Shown: positions 7,628-16,041 of the stretch, piece by piece
Position numbering within the stretch: the stretch's first letter is position 1
How the letters are laid out: each line of letters begins with the position of its first letter
Source: a virus
DNA: 64,000 bases
Virus record (IMG/VR): IMGVR_UViG_3300043436_003324
Strand: one strand, 5' to 3'
Notes under the pieces: model-generated
Told to the model about the DNA's origin: nothing
Seen by the model: the letters and a program-made list of their open reading frames with translations, nothing else
Database searches by the model: none
Made by a program: the position numbers and the translations under genes

Positions 7628-8048
7628 ATGATGGTTTTTCTATATTAAACTTTGTAATATTTTTTACTGTGGTTGAGTTATCTGTAAACCAAAACCAAAT
7701 AACATTTTCACTCCCATAATTGGTATTAACAATCAAACCATAATCAAAACTTTTTTCCAATATATTAATCTTAAGTGACCCATTACCAAGATTTACAAAT
7801 TTAATTGGTAATGAACTAATTTCAACATCATCAATAAAATATGTGGAGGTTTCATTACCAAGGTCTATAATATATTTGGTGTAATTACTATTAACATCAT
7901 ATATTAAATCCGGTTTCATTAACACAGAATCCACCGATGTTCTATGAAATGAAATCATTTCTTGTTTTTCAAATACGTGAATTATTAATTTTTGACTAAA
8001 TGATAAAAAATTAAAGAAAAAAAATAGGGTTAAAAAAATTGTTTTCAT
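7626..8048 (-). CDS. Hypothetical exported protein (Sec signal peptide)
   Basis: MKTIFLTLFFFFNFLSFSQ; TAAATTTG promoter element upstream on the minus strand. Confidence 0.7.
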   Translation of the reverse strand: MKTIFLTLFFFFNFLSFSQKLIIHVFEKQEMISFHRTSVDSVLMKPDLIYDVNSNYTKYIIDLGNETSTYFIDDVEISSLPIKFVNLGNGSLKINILEKSFDYGLIVNTNYGSENVIWFWFTDNSTTVKNITKFNIEKPS

Positions 8049-8095
8049 ATTCTGTTATTAAAACAAATTTATAAAAAAAAACTTATTTAAAAAAA

Positions 8096-10159
8096 TTATT
8101 CTCCCTTTTTCTTTCTACCTTTTTTCTTTGGTTCTGGTTTTGACCTATCCTCAATTTCTATTGTTTGATCATCACCTTCTCCTTTAACAAATAACATATA
8201 TTCGCCCCCTTCTATAACCTCATTGTTTAATATCTTTTCTGAAATTAAATCTTCGATTTTATCTTGGATTGCTCTTTTAATTGGTCTTGCTCCGTATTGA
8301 TCATCAAAACCAACTTTTGATATAAAATCAGTCACAGAACCTTCATAAGAAACGTTATATTTCATAGATGTTAATCTGTCAATTAGTTTATCAATTTCAA
8401 GTTTTACAATTTTATCAATATGTTCTTTTACTAAAGAATTAAATATTACAACATCATCAATTCTATTTAAAAATTCAGGTGCAAAAAATTTGCGTAATTC
8501 TTTTTTCAATACGTCTCTTTTATACTCCTCTTGGACAACTTCACTATTATTATTTGTTTTAAATCCAACACCATTACCAAAGTCCTGTAATTTTCTAACA
8601 CCAATATTTGATGTCATAATAATTAAACAGTTTTTAAAGTTGATCTTTCTACCTAACCCATCAGTTAAATGACCATCATCTAACATCTGTAGTAAAGTTG
8701 CGAATATGTCTTTATTCGCCTTCTCAATCTCATCAAAAAGTATAACAGAATATGGTTTATTTTTAACTTGTTCTGTTAATTGACCCCCTTCTTCATGTCC
8801 CACATATCCTGGAGGGGATCCAATAAGTCTTGAGATGGTATGTTTCTCTTGGTACTCAGACATGTCAACTCTTATTAAACTATCTTCACTACCAAATATT
8901 TCTTTTGCTAATTTTTTTGCTAAAAACGTCTTACCAACACCTGTTGATCCTAAAAATATAAACGAACCGATTGGTCTATTAGGGTCTTTAATCCCAACTC
9001 TATTTCTTCTTATAGATTTTGATATTTTTCCAACCGCCTCTTCTTGACCAATAACGTATTTATTTAAAGTTAATTCAAGATTAACTAATGAATTTTTCTC
9101 ATCTACATTTATTTTACTAACAGGAATTTTAGTCATGTTTGAAACTACCTCATAAATGATTTCATCAGGAATACCTCGTTTACTATTTTTAAGATGATCC
9201 TCAAATTTCTTTTTCTCCTCTTCTAATTTAATTAAAACGTTTCTTTCTCTATCTCTTAATTCGGCCGCTTGTTCGTAGTTTTGTTTTTTAATAACGGTCG
9301 CCTTCTCTTTCTTTATTTCTTGGGCCTCAACTTTTAATAACTCAATTTCTTCAGGTAATTTTATATCTATTTGCATTCTTGACCCAACCTCATCTAAAAT
9401 ATCAAAAGCCTTATCAGGAAACTCTCTATCCGTAATATATCTATCGGCCAACTCAACACATAACCGAAGTGATTCATCGGTATAATTAACCTTATGATGT
9501 TCTTCATATTTACCCTTACTTTGTTGTAGTATTTGAAACGTTTCTTCTTTGGTTGATGGATCCACAATAATCTTTTGGAATCTTCTTTCTAATGCTCCAT
9601 CTTTCTCAAAATGTCTTCTATACTCATCAAGGGTTGTTGCTCCAATACACTGAATTTCACCTCTTGATAACGCAGGTTTAAATATGTTTGATGCGTCTAA
9701 AGAACCTGAACTATTACCCGCACCAACCATAGTATGAATTTCATCTATAAATAAAATAATATTAGGGGTGTTCTGAAGTTCTTCAATAATCACCTTCATT
9801 CTTTCTTCAAATTGACCTCTATACTTTGTGCCGGCAACAATTGAGTTAATGTCTAAAGACACAATTCTTTTATCTACCAAATTTTTTGGGCACTCTCCAC
9901 CATAAATCATCATTGCAAGACCCTCGACGATTGCAGTTTTACCTGCTCCTGGTTCACCAATAATAATAGGGTTATTTTTTTTCCTCCTTGATAAAACTTG
10001 GGCAATTCTAAAGATTTCTTTTTCTCTACCAATTACTGGGTCTAATTTACCTTGTTCGGCAAGTTTTATTAGATCTTTACTAAAATTATCTAATACAGGT
10101 GTTCCGGCCTCACTCTTTTTTTTATTTTTATCATTACTATCGTCTACAAAATCTAACAT
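8096..10159 (-). CDS. clpC: ClpC-type AAA+ unfoldase lacking the N-terminal domain
   Basis: LDPVIGRE; Walker A GEPGAGKT and GSTGVGKT; Walker B LFIDEIH and ILFDEIEK; UVR middle domain YEQAAELRD; GARPIKR. Only about 20 aa precede the first conserved motif. Confidence 0.92.
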   Translation of the reverse strand: MLDFVDDSNDKNKKKSEAGTPVLDNFSKDLIKLAEQGKLDPVIGREKEIFRIAQVLSRRKKNNPIIIGEPGAGKTAIVEGLAMMIYGGECPKNLVDKRIVSLDINSIVAGTKYRGQFEERMKVIIEELQNTPNIILFIDEIHTMVGAGNSSGSLDASNIFKPALSRGEIQCIGATTLDEYRRHFEKDGALERRFQKIIVDPSTKEETFQILQQSKGKYEEHHKVNYTDESLRLCVELADRYITDREFPDKAFDILDEVGSRMQIDIKLPEEIELLKVEAQEIKKEKATVIKKQNYEQAAELRDRERNVLIKLEEEKKKFEDHLKNSKRGIPDEIIYEVVSNMTKIPVSKINVDEKNSLVNLELTLNKYVIGQEEAVGKISKSIRRNRVGIKDPNRPIGSFIFLGSTGVGKTFLAKKLAKEIFGSEDSLIRVDMSEYQEKHTISRLIGSPPGYVGHEEGGQLTEQVKNKPYSVILFDEIEKANKDIFATLLQMLDDGHLTDGLGRKINFKNCLIIMTSNIGVRKLQDFGNGVGFKTNNNSEVVQEEYKRDVLKKELRKFFAPEFLNRIDDVVIFNSLVKEHIDKIVKLEIDKLIDRLTSMKYNVSYEGSVTDFISKVGFDDQYGARPIKRAIQDKIEDLISEKILNNEVIEGGEYMLFVKGEGDDQTIEIEDRSKPEPKKKGRKKKGE

Positions 10160-10240
10160 AATTAAAAGTTTTATCTAAATCTAAATATATTCATATTGTT
10201 AGTCAATACTTGTCTTTTTGTCAGGTGTGGGTATAATTAT

Positions 10241-10255
10241 ATGACAAAATGTCAT
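10241..10255. promoter_or_regulatory. Palindromic operator-like site between the divergent clpC and UVR genes
   Basis: ATGACA-AAA-TGTCAT perfect inverted repeat; TGGCATA at 10267 follows. Confidence 0.45.
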
Positions 10256-10320
10256 GTTTTAATAAATGGCATATTTTTTATAAATTTTTATTACAAAATA
10301 AACCTAAAAAATAAAATAAA

Positions 10321-10695
10321 ATGTTTAATTGGAGTGATTTCGATAAAATTTTTAATGAGATGTTTTCTAACAGAACCGGATTTAATTTTGGTGATAACAA
10401 TTGGGATAAGAGAACTTACAAGTCTCCCGACGGTTCTTTTTCCATGACTTATATTACTAAAAAAAATAATAGTAATCCTAATTTAGACGAGGTTGATATT
10501 TTAAAACATAAATTAGAAATTGCGGTTGAGGAACAAAATTTTGAGTTGGCGGTAGAACTTAGAGATAAAATAAAAAATTTAGAGAAAAATTTGGAGAAAA
10601 TTTCCGAGTTGCAATCTAAATTAGAAGAGTGTATTAAAAATCAAGATTTTGAGAAGGCTATTGATTATAGGGATCAAATAAAATCTTTAAAATAA
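10321..10695 (+). CDS. Small protein with two UVR (UvrB/C) helical motifs; putative Clp adaptor
   Basis: EEQNFELAVELRDKIK and KNQDFEKAIDYRDQIK. Confidence 0.8.
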   Translation: MFNWSDFDKIFNEMFSNRTGFNFGDNNWDKRTYKSPDGSFSMTYITKKNNSNPNLDEVDILKHKLEIAVEEQNFELAVELRDKIKNLEKNLEKISELQSKLEECIKNQDFEKAIDYRDQIKSLK

Positions 10696-10723
10696 AAAAG
10701 TCCACCTAAAGGTGGATTTTTTT
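10694..10723 (+). terminator. Intrinsic terminator
   Basis: AAAAAAGTCCACC-TAAA-GGTGGATTTTTT. Confidence 0.75.
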
Positions 10724-10755
10724 ATTTGTGTTATTTATTTTAATAATAAAAAATT

Positions 10756-11001
10756 ATGGCAATTACAAGAGAAGAATTTAAAGGAACAAAGATTATTAAC
10801 GAAATACAATCGTCAAACATAGTTAAAACAGAATATGACACTGAAACAAAAAAAATGATAACGGAATTTAAAAACGGTATTAGATATGAATATGAGGATG
10901 TACCTCACCAAAAATACACCGAATTTAGAACCGCACAATCCCAAGGAACTTATTTTAACAAAAACATTTCAAAAGTTTATAAATATAAAAAATTAAGTTA
11001 A
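10756..11001 (+). CDS. KTSC domain protein
   Basis: QSSNIVKTEYD...EFKNGIRYEYEDVP...SQGTYFNKNI matches the KTSC pattern. Confidence 0.85.
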   Translation: MAITREEFKGTKIINEIQSSNIVKTEYDTETKKMITEFKNGIRYEYEDVPHQKYTEFRTAQSQGTYFNKNISKVYKYKKLS

Positions 11002-11026
11002 TCAAAAAACTTAATATTTATATTTG

Positions 11027-11758
11027 ATGGACAATGAATTAATAAAAAGTTTTAATCCCCAAGAAACTTTAAACCCTAAAATATGGGAAAAAGATGGGGA
11101 TGAACCAAAATTAAAACCCGAAATAAGAGAAGGGTTACTTAATATTGCCAATGAATTTATAGAATTTCTTGATGTGGATATTATTGTTACAGATATAATT
11201 TTAACAGGATCACTATCAAATTTTAATTGGTCAAAATATTCTGATTTTGATTTACATATTGTTGTAAATTTAGAACAGTACGATGAAAACCAAATAGAAC
11301 TTTATGAAAAAATTTTTAATTTAAAAAAATTAATTTTTAATCAAAACCATGATATAAAAATAAAAGGATATGAGGTTGAACTTTATGTTCAAAATGAAAA
11401 CGAGTCTCATTTTTCAAGTGGAGTGTATTCAATATTATTTAATGAATGGTCAAATGTCCCTAAAAAAGAAAAAGTATCAATAGATAAGGATCTAATTAAG
11501 CAAAAATCCAAACAGTGGATGAATATGATTGATAATCTTTTGGACTCAATAAAAGACAATGATGCGGATACTGCCAAAGAAATGGTTCAAAAATACAAGG
11601 ATAAATTAAAAAAATATAGGACTTGTGGGTTGCAAAAAAAAGGAGAGTATTCTACTGAGAATTTAGTGTTTAAAATTTTAAGACGTAACGGTTATATTGA
11701 AAAACTTCACAATAATACGTCAAAAATAATTGATAATAAATTATCAATGAATCAATAA
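11027..11758 (+). CDS. Pol-beta-superfamily nucleotidyltransferase
   Basis: GSLSNFNWSKYSDFDLH (GS-x-DxD) plus a downstream acidic residue in VELYVQ. Confidence 0.75.
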   Translation: MDNELIKSFNPQETLNPKIWEKDGDEPKLKPEIREGLLNIANEFIEFLDVDIIVTDIILTGSLSNFNWSKYSDFDLHIVVNLEQYDENQIELYEKIFNLKKLIFNQNHDIKIKGYEVELYVQNENESHFSSGVYSILFNEWSNVPKKEKVSIDKDLIKQKSKQWMNMIDNLLDSIKDNDADTAKEMVQKYKDKLKKYRTCGLQKKGEYSTENLVFKILRRNGYIEKLHNNTSKIIDNKLSMNQ

Positions 11759-11833
11759 ATAGATTAAAAATAAAACAATATCGATTATTGATATATTTAT
11801 TTAATAAAAATAATTTAATCAAAAAAATATACT

Positions 11834-13150
11834 ATGGGAGGACTAAAACCTATTGGGAGTGAGAAATTAGTTGGTATGGATAAAATCCGTAGAATTATGG
11901 AAATTGCTAACTATAACCACGAATTATCTAATAAAGATATTGAATTAAAATCTACAGAGTATAGACTTGGTTTATCAGATGGAAATTCATATGACATTGT
12001 AAAGGAAAGACAAGGATATATAATTAAAAGAAATATTACTGAATCTTACTCTGATTATATCGAACCTATGAAAAATAGAAGATATTACAGATCTTACTCT
12101 GAAGCATTAAAAAAATTAAATTTAATGGCTAAAGATTTTAACTCATTATATAATAACGATGGGGGTACAAATCTTTTTACCGAACAAAAAAAGTTTAAAC
12201 TTAAAGTTCCAACACCAAAGTCAGATGTTGCCCCTGAACAGGCACCAACATTACCTGAACCATCTCCGGCTCCCGCACCTGCGGCAGAACCATCTCCGGC
12301 TCCCGCAACAGGAGCAGAAGAAGATCCAATGGCAGGACTTATGGGAGGTACCGAAACAACAGGACCAGAAGAAGATCCAATGGCAGACCTTGGTGGGGAT
12401 GAAGATCCAATGGCAGACCTTGGTGGGGATGACGAATCTACCGACGATGAAGAGGAAAATACAGGCAAAGAAAATGGAGTATCATTTAAGTTGATTCAAA
12501 AATTAACAGGAAAACTATCCCAAAAAATTAGAAAATATCTTAACAGTGAAGAAATGGATTCTGACGATGTTAAGTATATTTTAAATTCTGTGTTATCTTC
12601 ATTAGATTTATCTGTGTTGGATGACGAAGACGTTGAGGAAATTATAGATCGTTTGGAAGGTGATGAAGAAGATAAAGAAGAGGGCGACGAAGAGGGTAAT
12701 GAAGAAGGTGATGAAAATTTAACCTCGGATGAAGACCCTGATGTTGATTCTCCTGAACCACCGTCAGATGAAGGTGAGGTTACAGAATACGGATATAGAA
12801 ACAGAAATAGAATGACAGTAGGTCCTTTAGGGACAAGAACAGATAATATGTTCTCAGAATCTAAAGTTGATAAAATCATTGGAAGATATTTTTCAATTAA
12901 TGAAGATGAAAAAAAGGTTAATAATAGAAAAAAAATTATTAATAAGGGACTTTTAAAAGAAAATATGGTTGTAAACGAAATGGAGATCAAAAGACTTTCA
13001 AAATCAATTCAACAAGAAAGATCGGCATTAAAATTCTTAGAAAAAAATCCAAACGCGGTTTTAATAGGATCGACAAATAAAAGTAATTTACTATTTAAAG
13101 TCGGTATTAATGAACACAAAATATCAACAGACGGAAGAAGAGTACTATGA
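11834..13150 (+). CDS. Acidic low-complexity hypothetical protein, possibly head-associated
   Basis: 438 aa with PAP and D/E tracts; TATTTAT at 11794. Confidence 0.75.
   Translation: MGGLKPIGSEKLVGMDKIRRIMEIANYNHELSNKDIELKSTEYRLGLSDGNSYDIVKERQGYIIKRNITESYSDYIEPMKNRRYYRSYSEALKKLNLMAKDFNSLYNNDGGTNLFTEQKKFKLKVPTPKSDVAPEQAPTLPEPSPAPAPAAEPSPAPATGAEEDPMAGLMGGTETTGPEEDPMADLGGDEDPMADLGGDDESTDDEEENTGKENGVSFKLIQKLTGKLSQKIRKYLNSEEMDSDDVKYILNSVLSSLDLSVLDDEDVEEIIDRLEGDEEDKEEGDEEGNEEGDENLTSDEDPDVDSPEPPSDEGEVTEYGYRNRNRMTVGPLGTRTDNMFSESKVDKIIGRYFSINEDEKKVNNRKKIINKGLLKENMVVNEMEIKRLSKSIQQERSALKFLEKNPNAVLIGSTNKSNLLFKVGINEHKISTDGRRVL
12371..12430 (+). repeat. 30-bp tandem repeat x2 (EDPMADLGGD)
   Basis: GAAGATCCAATGGCAGACCTTGGTGGGGAT occurs twice in tandem, with a degenerate copy upstream. 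Confidence 0.9.
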
Positions 13151-13554
13151 ATTATTTAATTTACATAAATGGTATGGGACCCAATTATAAGGGAGACAAC
13201 ATTTATGAATTTATTTTTTCAGAAACTTTAGATGTTTGGGGTGAGAATTGGGAATCAAAACCATCTAATGGTTACCCATCACCACCTGACTTTGAATATA
13301 TAAAAAAGGTTGGATCATTAATTAATGGGGAAATCTTATTAGAATTGGTTCAAAACTCAGACGTATTTTCAATGATGGATTCAATGGATGGGGTACTGTC
13401 CATAGGTTGGGAAAAAGAAACAAATGAAATTGATTTCTCAATCACAAAAAGATTAGTATTTAAGTTTGGGGAAACTGAACAAGACGTAAAAGATAAACTA
13501 TATGAACGAGATATCGTTCTTGAATTTGATAAAAAAGCAGTATATGAATCCTAA
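13147..13554 (+). CDS. Hypothetical protein
   Basis: 135-aa ORF overlapping its neighbours, as in an operon. Confidence 0.75.
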   Translation: MNYLIYINGMGPNYKGDNIYEFIFSETLDVWGENWESKPSNGYPSPPDFEYIKKVGSLINGEILLELVQNSDVFSMMDSMDGVLSIGWEKETNEIDFSITKRLVFKFGETEQDVKDKLYERDIVLEFDKKAVYES

Positions 13555-14596
13555 AAATCATATTTTAACTTTGTTAGAACACGGATTGTCATTTAACACT
13601 ATTAGTAATTTAAATGACTTACAAATTAAGGTATTATCCGAAAAATTTTCTAAAAAGGAAGAAAATAAAGAGGCTCAAGATATACAAACTAAAATAAGAA
13701 GATTTAGTTCTTCTGAAGTTTCTAACGCCAAAACAAAAGGAGAGTCATTACCAGGAGGAAGGGCGTTCAAATTAAATGCTGATGGTAGTGTTGATGTTAC
13801 GTTAGAAGGTGAAATGAGTGAGGATGATACGGTAGATTTTGTAAATGATCCTGACGCAACTGAAGATGGAATGGGGATGTTTGAATCTGAAATGAAAGAA
13901 AAGTTTGAGTCCAAATCACAACAAGGTTTATTTTGGTCGAAATGTAAAAATAGTACAGGAAAAACAAAAGAAAAATGGTGTAAAATGGCAAAAGAATTTT
14001 CAGACAGTACATCTAAAAAAGATTATAAAAAAATGCCAGATAAAAAACAACCCAAAAAAACGGTTAAAAAAACTAATGAAAATTTAGAAAGATTTTTAGA
14101 AGATAGAATTGTTAACATGTTGGATGAATATGTGAACCCAACGTTTACAAAAGGTCAAATGATTAATACAATATCTGAAAAAACAGAAAAATTTAATTCT
14201 ATGTTTTTGAAAACCCCAAAAAAAATGTCTATGTTTTCAAACGAATCTGGAATTGAAATGAAAAGTATGAAAAGGCCTATTGGTAGAATCTCTTCTTTAG
14301 GGGAAGACACAAAAGAAAAAGAAAGAACTAAGGAAAAAGAAAGAACTAAGGAAAAAGAAAGAAGAAAGGGTAACCCTTTTAAAGACCCTAATCCTGACGT
14401 AGAAGAAAAACCTAAAGCAAATACAAAAGAAAAAGAAAGAACTAAAGAAAAACCTGGTACAAAAACACCAACAAGAAGAAAAGGTAATCCGTTTAAGGAT
14501 CCTAATCCTGATGTTAAGGAAAATCCAAAAGCAAAAATGGAAAAACAACAAAGTGGTTTCATTGATGCAATAATGAACATATTAAATTTTAACTAA
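13544..14596 (+). CDS. Hypothetical protein with KEKERT and RRKGNPFKDPNPDV repeats
   Basis: Likely start at ATG 13544, overlapping the end of the previous gene. Confidence 0.75.
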   Translation: MNPKNHILTLLEHGLSFNTISNLNDLQIKVLSEKFSKKEENKEAQDIQTKIRRFSSSEVSNAKTKGESLPGGRAFKLNADGSVDVTLEGEMSEDDTVDFVNDPDATEDGMGMFESEMKEKFESKSQQGLFWSKCKNSTGKTKEKWCKMAKEFSDSTSKKDYKKMPDKKQPKKTVKKTNENLERFLEDRIVNMLDEYVNPTFTKGQMINTISEKTEKFNSMFLKTPKKMSMFSNESGIEMKSMKRPIGRISSLGEDTKEKERTKEKERTKEKERRKGNPFKDPNPDVEEKPKANTKEKERTKEKPGTKTPTRRKGNPFKDPNPDVKENPKAKMEKQQSGFIDAIMNILNFN

Positions 14597-15960
14597 TGGG
14601 ACATAAATATATTGAGAGTTTAGTGAGGAAAATCATAAACGAGGCTCCTGTTGATTATGGGGATTATCCAGAAAGAATGGACCCTAGAGTACAACAAAAG
14701 ATTGAGGATCCCGAAAGTATCTATGCAAAAAATAGAGGGTTTCAAGGAGGAGTATCTGATGTTGAGAGGTTATCAGGAGACAGATTCAAAGAGATTGTTG
14801 ATTACGTAAAAAGATATTATACCACTGAAAGAAATATAACAGATCCTTCGGTAATGGCCGCGATTCAAATGGAACAAATGTTGGCGGTTAGAGAAGTAAT
14901 GTCCAAAGAGCCAAGACATAGAGAAAAACTTAGGGACCTTGCGGTTGAAATTAAGGCAAAAGAGAGTGGGTGGATGCCTAATAACCTTACAATGGAAAAA
15001 GCATTAAGAGAAGGTCTTGTGAAAAAAAGAAAATCTAAGGATGGGGGAACCATTTATGAATTTGAATTGATGAATCTTTTAACTTTCCTTGGGGAACAAT
15101 CGATAGACCCAAAAATATTTCAAATGAAACCTAAAAAAAATGAAAAACTACCAATACCCGCAAACTTTTCATTTGACATTGATGAATTAACTCCAGAAGA
15201 AGAAAAACAATTGGAGATTGAAAAACGACACGTTATAAATGCATATGTGATGGGTAAGGCAAAAAGAGGTCAATACGCTTATCAGGCATATAAAGATAGA
15301 TTAGATGCTATAGACCCATCTTTATACGAATTGTATAATAAAATTATGGGAGCAAATGATTTAATGTATTTTACCAACCAACAACTAATTGAAATGTTAG
15401 GGGGGAATGCGGCAGGATCAGCAGGTAAAGCCAAACCAGAACAAAGCGATGAAGATGAGGATGATGACCAAAGTGGAGAAGAAATGGATAAAGATACTTG
15501 GTTTGCAAATGGATTAATCTTCCCAATTTTATTACATGAGGTTGATAAGGCTTTTAGTATGGTTACCACAAGACAACAGTGGAAAGGAATGGATCCTGAA
15601 ATGGCACAACAAGTTATTAGTCAAACTGACACAATGGAACATGAACCAATGAACTTCAGAATTGGTGCTGAATTAGCAAGAAAAATTAGAACAATGTTAC
15701 CTGAAGAATTAGTTTTAGATCCTGATGGTCGTATTTATATGCCGTTCTTTGAAAAGAACCTTTATGAGGTACCGGCGGAAAGATTCCTAAAACAAATAAT
15801 TGCAAATGTTGTTTCAAATAGAAAAGAAGATAACGCAAAAGCGGTTAAAGAATTTAAGGACATTTTTGAAAAGGCTAAAAAGGAATATCAGAGATTTAAA
15901 GGTGAAGATGATGAGGATGATGAATATAATTATGATAATGATGATGATTTAGCCTACTAA
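14596..15960 (+). CDS. Hypothetical protein with ESLVRKIINE leader
   Basis: 454-aa ORF whose start overlaps the previous stop. Confidence 0.8.
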   Translation: MGHKYIESLVRKIINEAPVDYGDYPERMDPRVQQKIEDPESIYAKNRGFQGGVSDVERLSGDRFKEIVDYVKRYYTTERNITDPSVMAAIQMEQMLAVREVMSKEPRHREKLRDLAVEIKAKESGWMPNNLTMEKALREGLVKKRKSKDGGTIYEFELMNLLTFLGEQSIDPKIFQMKPKKNEKLPIPANFSFDIDELTPEEEKQLEIEKRHVINAYVMGKAKRGQYAYQAYKDRLDAIDPSLYELYNKIMGANDLMYFTNQQLIEMLGGNAAGSAGKAKPEQSDEDEDDDQSGEEMDKDTWFANGLIFPILLHEVDKAFSMVTTRQQWKGMDPEMAQQVISQTDTMEHEPMNFRIGAELARKIRTMLPEELVLDPDGRIYMPFFEKNLYEVPAERFLKQIIANVVSNRKEDNAKAVKEFKDIFEKAKKEYQRFKGEDDEDDEYNYDNDDDLAY

Positions 15961-15974
15961 AAATTAAAAATAGT

Positions 15975-16000
15975 AAACCCACCCAAAAGGTGGGTTTTTT
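15975..16000 (+). terminator. Intrinsic terminator
   Basis: AAACCCACC-CAAAA-GGTGGGTTT followed by Ts. Confidence 0.75.
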
Positions 16001-16041
16001 ATTAAATAAACTATTTAAAGTATTTATAATAAAAAAACTTT

